Shown: piece by piece, positions 36,581 through 44,511 of the stretch | Numbering within the stretch: the first letter of the stretch is position 1 | How the letters are laid out: each line of letters begins with the position of its first letter | Virus record (IMG/VR): IMGVR_UViG_3300025120_010946 | Span: 1 to 64,000 of that record | DNA from: a virus | DNA length: 64,000 bases | Strand: one strand, 5' to 3' | Translations under genes and position numbers: made by a program | The notes under the pieces: model-generated | Told to the model about the DNA's origin: nothing | The model's input: only the letters and a program-made list of their open reading frames with translations | Databases searched by the model: none

Positions 36581-36785
36581 GGATTATCAAAAGGCTGGAG
36601 AAACGTTCTGGCCTAAGTATTGGTACGTATCTAAAGAACTTGGTGAAAATGCAAAACCAGAACAAGTTCTTAAAGTTATGGAAGCAGTCGGTGGACTTGC
36701 GTTAAAACTTGCTCTAGAGCAAAAAGAAAAAGAAGGTCCATTCGGATTTAATAAAAAGAAGGAAGATGATTCAGACAGCAACTGA
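36561..36785 (+). CDS. Hypothetical protein
   Basis: MKLLTLEDYQKAGETFWPKYWY; ATG 36561. Confidence 0.65.
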   Translation: MKLLTLEDYQKAGETFWPKYWYVSKELGENAKPEQVLKVMEAVGGLALKLALEQKEKEGPFGFNKKKEDDSDSN

Positions 36786-37017
36786 CAGAATAGAAGTACC
36801 AGAAGGTGCTAACTTGATTGATGATGTTTTTTATGTTTGGAAAACTAGGTATGGATTGTATTCGTCAATGACTAAGCAAGGTCGTCATATGATGACTGGT
36901 GCTACCGAAGATGGTGTTACTGTATTGACACGTTGGCACCTTAAGTGTGAGCAAGATGGTACGTTAGAACAATATACTAGAGTTGTTGGTGATTCTTTTG
37001 TTGGAGTAAAACTCTAA
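36766..37017 (+). CDS. Hypothetical protein
   Basis: 83-aa ORF. Confidence 0.6.
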   Translation: MIQTATDRIEVPEGANLIDDVFYVWKTRYGLYSSMTKQGRHMMTGATEDGVTVLTRWHLKCEQDGTLEQYTRVVGDSFVGVKL

Positions 37018-37020
37018 ATA
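37014..37020 (+). promoter_or_regulatory. Late promoter
   Basis: CTAAATA 9 nt before the ATG at 37030. Confidence 0.55.
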
Positions 37021-37029
37021 GTTAAAAAA

Positions 37030-38208
37030 ATGGCTACTGGTGTAAAGGAAGGTAGTATAATCGAAGGGATCATGGCGATGTATATTGCCATGATCTTTGC
37101 TGACCCTGATGATGGGGAGAACATGCAAAAAGTAAAATCAAATATAAGTAAACTTAGAAAAGAAACAGTATTGTTGGAGAACATTAAACCAAGAATTGGT
37201 ATCAAAAGATTGTTCCCCCAAGATGATCCATTGGGATATGAAATTGCCCCTGGTAATAGTAATCTCAATCCTAACATGTCTAATGGGCAACCATATTTTA
37301 TTCAGCAGAGAGGTGATAATCCTGCCGATTACATTCAAGTTGGATTGGAAGTTTATCTCAAACCTGCAGAAGTTTATCCTGGATTTGGTGATGAATATTC
37401 TAAGTATGTTGAAGAAAAAAGAGATTATGGAAAATTAGCAAAAAAAGTAGATAATCTAATTGCGTCTAGAGGATCTATTCTTTTTAGAAGACTAATCATC
37501 GCAAAGAAAAAATTTCTTTTAAATAAAGAAACTGATGTCATAAGGTATAATGTTTTAGCTGACGGAGTAACCGGAGAGCAAGCAGATGGTAATGTCAAAG
37601 CGGATATCATTGTAACTATTTTTGCTAATGGGCGAGAATTAATTAAAGATCAAATCAATATCTCTGTCAAGAGCGACTCATCAACTGTTGCCAACCTTGG
37701 AGTCATTAAAGGTTTGGAAGCAATGTATTCAGTCATTTCTCCCAGAGGAAAAACAGCAGTAAAAGCAAATACATTATTGGCAAATATTAAGGCTGCCAAA
37801 AGAGATGCGAAACTTCAATATGTTTCTGCATTATTTGAATTACTTTCTGATAATTTAGTTAATAGTGATGATCCAAAATTTACTGATAGAGCTTTTAATT
37901 TTATAGAGGAAGCGATCTTTGGAGATGATATGGCACAGGTTGTTGATGTAAAATCCTCTGGTGGTAAAGTAAAAGAAATGCAACCAGGACAATTTGCAGC
38001 GTATAGAAAATATGGAGATAAAGGGAAACCAATTAAATTGGTTGCAAAGAAAATGGCAGGTGATATTAGAATAATGCCAAAAGGAGAATCTAATAGTAAT
38101 AATTTTATTTTTAAATTTAGATTTAAGAAAAGAAACTATAAAGATGGATCGGGACAATATGTAGATAAAATTATGATTGAGACAGGCAAACTCACTTACG
38201 CTAAATAA
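37030..38208 (+). CDS. Hypothetical protein, possible PD-(D/E)XK nuclease fold
   Basis: N-terminal helix EGIM, then KADII...ISVKS. Confidence 0.5.
   Translation: MATGVKEGSIIEGIMAMYIAMIFADPDDGENMQKVKSNISKLRKETVLLENIKPRIGIKRLFPQDDPLGYEIAPGNSNLNPNMSNGQPYFIQQRGDNPADYIQVGLEVYLKPAEVYPGFGDEYSKYVEEKRDYGKLAKKVDNLIASRGSILFRRLIIAKKKFLLNKETDVIRYNVLADGVTGEQADGNVKADIIVTIFANGRELIKDQINISVKSDSSTVANLGVIKGLEAMYSVISPRGKTAVKANTLLANIKAAKRDAKLQYVSALFELLSDNLVNSDDPKFTDRAFNFIEEAIFGDDMAQVVDVKSSGGKVKEMQPGQFAAYRKYGDKGKPIKLVAKKMAGDIRIMPKGESNSNNFIFKFRFKKRNYKDGSGQYVDKIMIETGKLTYAK
38201..38207 (+). promoter_or_regulatory. Late promoter
   Basis: CTAAATA upstream of the ATG at 38230. Confidence 0.6.
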
Positions 38209-38229
38209 GATATAGGAAATCATATATAA

Positions 38230-39519
38230 ATGAAAAGTTTCTTCCAGTTCCTTAGTGAAGCGGAATCACAAGCTGCAACACAGGCGAGAAAACTTGGACT
38301 AAAGGGCGACGGACATGGCGGTTGGTTAAATCGTTCTGGGGAGTTTGTTGCTAAAACAGAAGATGGTAAATTAAAATTCTTTAATAAAAATCAGAAACCA
38401 GGTAAAGATCCAGATCAAACTCCAAATACAAAGAAAGTAACTCCGGTTCTCAAGACAAAAACAATGTCTGTGAACAAAGAACCACAAAGTAAAAAGAAAG
38501 GTGGTGAAGAGGAGACTGGTGGTGAAAAAAAGGCAAATAGTGATACCCTCACTCTTGCTTTTGGTAGATTTAATCCTCCTACCGTAGGGCATGAAAAATT
38601 ATTTCAGATGGCTAAGAGAACATCTGAGGGTGGAGATTTAAAAATTTACCCATCTAGGACACAAGACGCGAAGAAAAATCCTCTTGATGCTGACATGAAA
38701 GTTTCTTATATGAAAAAAATGTTCCCTGACTTTGAAGAGAACATTATTAATGATGACGAGATGCGATCTATTTTTAATGTACTTCAAACTGCTGATGGTG
38801 AATATAAAAATGTAAATATCATTGTTGGATCTGATCGTCAATCAGAGTTTGAAAGTCTTGCTACAAAGTATAATGGTGAGTTGTATAATTTTGATAACAT
38901 CCGTGTTGTTTCTGCTGGAGCAAGAGACTCTGACGCTGATGGTGTGGAGGGAATGTCTGCATCAAAGATGAGAAAAGCAGTAATTGATGATGACTATGAA
39001 GAATTTAAAAAAGGAGTTCCTAAGTCAGTTGCTGATGCTGATACACAATCACTATATGATGCAGTTCGTTCAGGAATGAAAATTAAGAAACAAAAAGTCA
39101 CTGCTGAAATGTGGGAGATTGCTCCTAAGTATGATCAAAGGGGATTAAGAGAACAATATGTAAATGGATTTATTTACAAAATGGGTGACATTGTTGAAAA
39201 TCTTAATACCGGATTGATTGGTAAGATTATTCGTAGAGGGACAAATCATCTTATTTGTGTGACTGAGCAAGAATATATGTTTAAATCTTGGATTCGTGAT
39301 GTAATGGAATACACTGAGAAGTCTATGAATAGAAGAATGAGATTGCCTGGAAAACCCAACACCCTTATTGGAACTGGTGGATATTACAAAACTGCTGTTG
39401 CAGCAACTCCAGGATCTCAAGAGGGAGCAAAAAATGTTGCTCCTGGTGGGAAAGTATATAACGGATATTCTAATTCTCTTAAGTTCATAAATAAGTACAA
39501 AGCTAAAAGTAGTAGATAG
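38230..39519 (+). CDS. Cytidylyltransferase-like (HIGH-superfamily) nucleotidyltransferase
   Basis: FGRFNPPTVGHEKL, IVGSDR, GMSASKMR. Confidence 0.85.
   Translation: MKSFFQFLSEAESQAATQARKLGLKGDGHGGWLNRSGEFVAKTEDGKLKFFNKNQKPGKDPDQTPNTKKVTPVLKTKTMSVNKEPQSKKKGGEEETGGEKKANSDTLTLAFGRFNPPTVGHEKLFQMAKRTSEGGDLKIYPSRTQDAKKNPLDADMKVSYMKKMFPDFEENIINDDEMRSIFNVLQTADGEYKNVNIIVGSDRQSEFESLATKYNGELYNFDNIRVVSAGARDSDADGVEGMSASKMRKAVIDDDYEEFKKGVPKSVADADTQSLYDAVRSGMKIKKQKVTAEMWEIAPKYDQRGLREQYVNGFIYKMGDIVENLNTGLIGKIIRRGTNHLICVTEQEYMFKSWIRDVMEYTEKSMNRRMRLPGKPNTLIGTGGYYKTAVAATPGSQEGAKNVAPGGKVYNGYSNSLKFINKYKAKSSR
39487..39493 (+). promoter_or_regulatory. Late promoter
   Basis: ATAAATA about 30 nt before the ATG at 39522. 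Confidence 0.55.
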
Positions 39520-39521
39520 CC

Positions 39522-41030
39522 ATGCCTAATGGAATCGGTAAGAACCCCCTTGATGATATTTCAAAGGTATACTTACAAACTGTGCGTGAATCTTACAAAG
39601 TAGAACCACCTCAGGAGAAGTTAAAAACTGATCGTGATATGTTCAATATCCCTAAGGATGAACAGAAAGCTGCTAAAGAACGTTTGTTAGCGAAGGCTGC
39701 TGCTAAACGTGAAAAGATGAAAGTGGAAGCACTTGATCCTGTAGGTAAAGAAGATGGTGATGTTGATAATGATGGAGACAAAGATAAATCAGATAATTAT
39801 TTGTTAAAACGTCGTAAGGCAATTGCCAAAGCGATGAAAACTCGTAAGGAAGAGATTGAAGTTGAAGAGGGTTTCAAGGAACTCTCAAGAGATAAGAGAA
39901 ACAAGATGTTCCGTAAGGCAGGTAACCTGTCACGTACAGCACTACAAGGTGGTGATGAAGGAACTGAGGCAGGCAAAAAATCTGGTAAGATTGTCAAGGC
40001 ACTGAACAAGGATGCTGAAAAGAATAATAGAAATGATGTGAAGAATGAGGAAGTTGAGCAGGTAGATGAGAATCGTCGTGCTGCCGCCGCTGCTGGTGGA
40101 TATAAGGATGACTCCAAGAAACAGACTGATCCTTCTAAGGATGGGTTCACTGGTATCTCTGGTAGCATCAAAGATATTATGAGACAAAATAAAGAGATTG
40201 AAAAAAGAAATAAAATGAAGAAGGAAAGTTACTCCAGTTGGAGGAATGATCTTCGTGAAATAATGGATGATGAAGAAAGTGGTAAAAAAATTAAAGAGAA
40301 GAAAGTAAAAAATAAAGTAATCATCAACCCTAAACTTGGAGAAGCAATACAAGAAATTGGTGGCACTCTGATTGAGTCAATCAAAGAAGAAGATTTTGAT
40401 GATATTGTTGAAAGTGTTTATCTTGAATTAATTGGTGAAGGATATTCAAATGATGATGTTGAAGAGGCGATTGAGTTTGCTCTAACTGAACAACTTAATG
40501 AAGTAAGTGATAGTTACTATGATTCTGCTGTAAAAACATCTAAAGATGCAGATGCTAAGAATAAAAGAGCGGAAATGATGAAGAGAGTTAAAGGACGCCT
40601 TAAATTTATGAAGAGAAGGGCTGGAGAAGTTGCTGGTAATGTTAAAAAGAAAGCTGCCACCGCAGCAGTTGATGTTGCCTTCGCTGCCGATGCAGCAAAG
40701 GACAAGGTAAAGAGTGCTGCCTCTACTGCTAAGAAGAGAGTTGCTGATGCACCCAAAGTTGCTAAAGCAGGTATCAAGAGTAGAATTAAAAAAGCAGCAT
40801 TGGGCGTTGCAAAACGCATGGGTGAAGAGACTGAAGATTCCTTGAAAGATCGTCGCATGGAACGTGGTGGTGTTGACGGCAACAACCGTTACAAGAGTGC
40901 TACTAAAAATGTTGCTATGGGTGGTGGAAAGAAAAAACCCTATGATGGTATGTCTGCACTTGAGAAAGTAAAGGCAAGCATCCGTGCCAAGCATGGACAG
41001 GGTGCTATCATGGATACCAAGAAGAAGTAA
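39522..41030 (+). CDS. Charged modular protein, probable internal head protein
   Basis: 502 aa, K/E/D-rich, DGDVDNDGD motif, many (L/I/V)xE junctions. Confidence 0.6.
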   Translation: MPNGIGKNPLDDISKVYLQTVRESYKVEPPQEKLKTDRDMFNIPKDEQKAAKERLLAKAAAKREKMKVEALDPVGKEDGDVDNDGDKDKSDNYLLKRRKAIAKAMKTRKEEIEVEEGFKELSRDKRNKMFRKAGNLSRTALQGGDEGTEAGKKSGKIVKALNKDAEKNNRNDVKNEEVEQVDENRRAAAAAGGYKDDSKKQTDPSKDGFTGISGSIKDIMRQNKEIEKRNKMKKESYSSWRNDLREIMDDEESGKKIKEKKVKNKVIINPKLGEAIQEIGGTLIESIKEEDFDDIVESVYLELIGEGYSNDDVEEAIEFALTEQLNEVSDSYYDSAVKTSKDADAKNKRAEMMKRVKGRLKFMKRRAGEVAGNVKKKAATAAVDVAFAADAAKDKVKSAASTAKKRVADAPKVAKAGIKSRIKKAALGVAKRMGEETEDSLKDRRMERGGVDGNNRYKSATKNVAMGGGKKKPYDGMSALEKVKASIRAKHGQGAIMDTKKK

Positions 41031-41230
41031 TGCCTGCCGTATCAAAGGCACAGCAAAGGTTTATGGGTATGGTTTATGCCACCAAGAAAGGTGACATGAC
41101 TAACCCTTCTCCTGAGGTTGCCCAAGCAGCAGCATCCATGAAGAAGAGTGATGCGAAAGACTTTGCATCAACTAAGCATAAAGGACTTCCTAAAAAGAAA
41201 TCTCTTAAGGAGTTTTTAGAGAATATATAG
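41030..41230 (+). CDS. Small basic protein
   Basis: MPAVSKAQQRFMGMV...DFASTKHKGLP...SLKEFLEN. Confidence 0.7.
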   Translation: MPAVSKAQQRFMGMVYATKKGDMTNPSPEVAQAAASMKKSDAKDFASTKHKGLPKKKSLKEFLENI

Positions 41231-41251
41231 TATTAGTAATTGAGATTTACC

Positions 41252-41452
41252 ATGCTTGCATTTTTACTTCCCTTGGCATCAAAAATTATTACTGATGCTA
41301 TTAATAAAATTCCTGAGAATGAAGAACTCGGTGAGAAAATGGTTGAGATCTGTCTTGTTATTCTTGCTAAGGCAGTTAAGTTAACCAAGACTGATATGGA
41401 TGATCAACTCTTAGAAGTTGTAACAAAGGCGATTAAATCGAGAGAAGAATAA
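41252..41452 (+). CDS. Conserved small hypothetical protein
   Basis: MLAFLLPLASK...LTKTDMDDQLL; ATG 41252. Confidence 0.65.
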   Translation: MLAFLLPLASKIITDAINKIPENEELGEKMVEICLVILAKAVKLTKTDMDDQLLEVVTKAIKSREE

Positions 41453-41454
41453 AT

Positions 41455-41462
41455 TATAAATA
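41455..41462 (+). promoter_or_regulatory. Late promoter (full T4 consensus)
   Basis: TATAAATA. Confidence 0.75.
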
Positions 41463-41495
41463 TCTTATAGCAAATAAATTATCGGCAGTTAAGAC

Positions 41496-42557
41496 ATGGC
41501 ACTCTGGGGCAATAAAGACAATATCACTGCAACAGGTAGAGTTACCTTGGATTATCAAACCGGTATTGTCACCGGTTCTAACTTAGAAGATCAAGGTAAT
41601 GGTACAAAGTTTGGTGAGACAGGTGAAGTTCAAGAAGGAGACATTATCCGTTTCGGTGTAATCGATAAACCTGGCGTTTATATGGGAGATGCTGTTGTTG
41701 TCTCTGTTGCCGGTACTACATCTCTCACTATTGGTTCCACTATGGGACTTGATGGTGTTGCTATTGGAAGAACCACATTCCAGGTTTCTCAGGCACCTAA
41801 ATCCACCGTTCTTGATCGTTCCTTTAGTGAGGACGATAATATCAATGATGGCGCACCAACGCTTGTTAACGAAATTATTAAAACAGCAAACTCTGCAACA
41901 GCAACCACAGGTGTAGGCGCATCTATTCTTGATGTTAAAACTACTCTCTTATCAACTGGTGGTGTTAAGGTTGGCGACTTCATCGTAAATGATGGAAATA
42001 ACATCAAAATCATTGGTGTAGGAACTGCTACCTTCCACGCTAACTTTAATAGTGGCATCGGTTCTGATAGAATTTTCGTTAATGGTACAGTTCCTGGTTT
42101 AGATACTGACAGTCTTATTCATAATTCTAATGGTAATCAACTCCTTGGTGTAACTGGTGTTGGTGCAACGTTCTTTACCATCGATCCTGTGTTAACGGCT
42201 GGCATTGCCACCAATGGCACTCTCCTTTTGGACTCCTTTGTTGATCAAGTATTTGCGTTTGATCATCACTTCGCTATTGGGCTTGAAAGTAATATCACTG
42301 CTGCTATTAGCGCAGGTGATGCTATCCAAGTTAAGAGACAAAAAGGTGGATACTCTAGAAATGTCTATGGTGTAGGCAAAACTGGAGTAGAAGACGCTGC
42401 TGGAGGTGTATATGAAACTAGTGCTGGATGGGTTGGTATTACAACCTACATAGACACTGAGGGTAACCTTAGAGTTAAGAGTGAAGTTCTGGTTGCCATG
42501 TCTGGCATCTCTACCGGTAACGTTCCTTCTTATCCCAATATTGAAAACGCTAACTGA
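41496..42557 (+). CDS. Virion structural protein
   Basis: MALWG N-terminus, G/T-rich beta content, AGWVGITTY...SEVLVAMS C-terminus; late promoter. Confidence 0.7.
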   Translation: MALWGNKDNITATGRVTLDYQTGIVTGSNLEDQGNGTKFGETGEVQEGDIIRFGVIDKPGVYMGDAVVVSVAGTTSLTIGSTMGLDGVAIGRTTFQVSQAPKSTVLDRSFSEDDNINDGAPTLVNEIIKTANSATATTGVGASILDVKTTLLSTGGVKVGDFIVNDGNNIKIIGVGTATFHANFNSGIGSDRIFVNGTVPGLDTDSLIHNSNGNQLLGVTGVGATFFTIDPVLTAGIATNGTLLLDSFVDQVFAFDHHFAIGLESNITAAISAGDAIQVKRQKGGYSRNVYGVGKTGVEDAAGGVYETSAGWVGITTYIDTEGNLRVKSEVLVAMSGISTGNVPSYPNIENAN

Positions 42558-42566
42558 TAGGATGTA

Positions 42567-42953
42567 ATGTTATTTAATGAGTTGAATTCGGAGAATTTTC
42601 TCCTCTTTGCAATTAAAAATTATGAAAATCCTCAGGCTGTAACAAGAGAAGATTTTGATAAAGATTTGAATCACTTTAAATATATTAAACGGTTGCTTAA
42701 ACGATATAAGTCAACTGGTGAATTAAAGACACATCTTCTCTTAAATCATTTTATTGTTCTTTACAATATTTTTGGTGAAGCAACAACTCCTATGTTATTT
42801 TATAAAATTGATGAGCAGGAACTTTGGGGTTGTCTTAAAACATTTGTATTGTTTTTAGATAAATTACCAGATTATCCACAAACCTATATTCATGATTTGA
42901 ATATAGATGAAAATTGTATGGAAAAACTTATTTTCTTTCACAATGAACAGTAA
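42567..42953 (+). CDS. Conserved hypothetical protein of T4-like phages
   Basis: FLLFAIKNYENP...FKYIKRLL...LLNHFIVLYNIFG. Confidence 0.75.
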   Translation: MLFNELNSENFLLFAIKNYENPQAVTREDFDKDLNHFKYIKRLLKRYKSTGELKTHLLLNHFIVLYNIFGEATTPMLFYKIDEQELWGCLKTFVLFLDKLPDYPQTYIHDLNIDENCMEKLIFFHNEQ

Positions 42954-43155
42954 ATCAGTAGATAAATTTTTATATCTTTTTAGAGAGATGATGGGTGCTG
43001 GTGCCTCTGGAGGTGCTCCTACTAATAATGTTGGTGATGGTAAGATCGCTGGTACTGCAGAGGCAGGCGATGATCCTCCTGTAAATTTGAAAAAGAAAAA
43101 AAGAAAACCTACTCCTGTAGGAAGATACGGTACACGTAGAACGTGGCGTAGATAA
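42943..43155 (+). CDS. Small protein with APTN motif and basic tail
   Basis: LFRE-MMGAG...APTNNVGDGKIAG...DDPPV-KKKKRK; ATG 42943. Confidence 0.65.
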   Translation: MNSKSVDKFLYLFREMMGAGASGGAPTNNVGDGKIAGTAEAGDDPPVNLKKKKRKPTPVGRYGTRRTWRR

Positions 43156-43556
43156 TGGAAGAAGAAGTAAAGGTTGCTGTCTTAGAAACGAGGTTGGAAA
43201 ACTTTGAAACTCTAGTTTCAAGGTTAGACTCTGCAATTGAAAAAATTGCTGAGGTAAATAATAATGTGTCTAGGATGTTAGCCGTCCATGAACAAAGAAT
43301 TTCTAAGCAAGAAGAAATCGACGAAGTATTGTTTGATAAAATCGACAAACTCCGTGATAAAATGGACAGCGATCATGACATCGTTACTCAACGATTATCA
43401 TTACTGGAACGGAAACTTTGGATTGGCATCGGAGCACTGGGAGCAATTCTAGTTCTAACAAATCCACAAGCAATCAAAACTCTTAAACCCTTGTTATCCT
43501 CCACCAATAGTGCTATAGTGGCACCAGCAGTTACTTTTGTGAATGGATCATATTGA
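43155..43556 (+). CDS. Coiled-coil protein with C-terminal transmembrane helix
   Basis: Heptad pattern followed by LWIGIGALGAILVL. Confidence 0.7.
   Translation: MEEEVKVAVLETRLENFETLVSRLDSAIEKIAEVNNNVSRMLAVHEQRISKQEEIDEVLFDKIDKLRDKMDSDHDIVTQRLSLLERKLWIGIGALGAILVLTNPQAIKTLKPLLSSTNSAIVAPAVTFVNGSY
43491..43519 (+). promoter_or_regulatory. sigma70-type promoter for primase/nrd genes
   Basis: TTGTTA-17 nt-TATAGT with TGn. Confidence 0.5.
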
Positions 43557-44511
43557 TTCTAAGTATGTTGGATTTATATCCGCACGCTTAGAAAAATTCA
43601 AAAGAGTAAAACCAAATCTTTACAACTTTCGTTGCCCTGTTTGTGGTGACTCAAAGAAGCATAAGAATAAAGCACGGGGTTATATTTACTCAGTAAAGGT
43701 TAACACTAACTTTAAGTGCCATAATTGTGGTGCTTCAATGTCTTTTAACAACTTTCTGAAACATGTTGATCCTGTTATTCATAAACAATATTCATTAGAG
43801 AAGTTTAAAGAAGGACATACTGGCAAAAACTTTGTTGTTGACGAACCAGTATTTAAATTTGAAACACCTAAATTCAAGAAGAAGATAAATTTACCAAAGG
43901 CATCGGAGAATCCCAGTGCAGACGGATATCTTACTGCTAGAAAACTCAACTCAAATGATTTTTACTATGCAGAAAACTTTAAGAAATTTGTAAATACACT
44001 TAAACAAACTTTTAATAGTGTAAAGCATGATGAAGAGAGGATAATAATTCCACTTTATTATGAAAAGAACTTAATTGGATTGCAGGGGAGATCTCTAGGA
44101 TTAAGCACGGTTAAATATATCACGGTAATGATTAATGATGACGCACCAAAAATCTACGGACTCGATAACATCAGAAAGGATGCTCCAGTCTATATCACAG
44201 AAGGACCTTTTGACAGCACGTTCATTCGCAACTCGATTGCTATGTGCGGAGCTGATGCTGATGTTGATCGTTGGGGGATTAGCAACTGTGTTTGGATTTA
44301 TGATAATGAACCAAGGAACAATGAAATCGTCAGGCGGATTGGACGCACAATCGATAATGGCGACTCCGTAGTTATCTTTCCATCATACATTCAAGAAAAA
44401 GATATAAATGATATGGTGATCGCTGGACATGATGTTCAAAAGATCGTAGAATGTAACACCTATAGTGGTTTAGAAGCTAAACTTAAATTCAACACTTGGA
44501 AGAAAATATGA
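43543..44511 (+). CDS. gp61: DNA primase
   Basis: CPVCGDS...CHNC Zn finger, TEGPFDS, YDNEPRN, KDINDM. Confidence 0.96.
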   Translation: MDHIDSKYVGFISARLEKFKRVKPNLYNFRCPVCGDSKKHKNKARGYIYSVKVNTNFKCHNCGASMSFNNFLKHVDPVIHKQYSLEKFKEGHTGKNFVVDEPVFKFETPKFKKKINLPKASENPSADGYLTARKLNSNDFYYAENFKKFVNTLKQTFNSVKHDEERIIIPLYYEKNLIGLQGRSLGLSTVKYITVMINDDAPKIYGLDNIRKDAPVYITEGPFDSTFIRNSIAMCGADADVDRWGISNCVWIYDNEPRNNEIVRRIGRTIDNGDSVVIFPSYIQEKDINDMVIAGHDVQKIVECNTYSGLEAKLKFNTWKKI

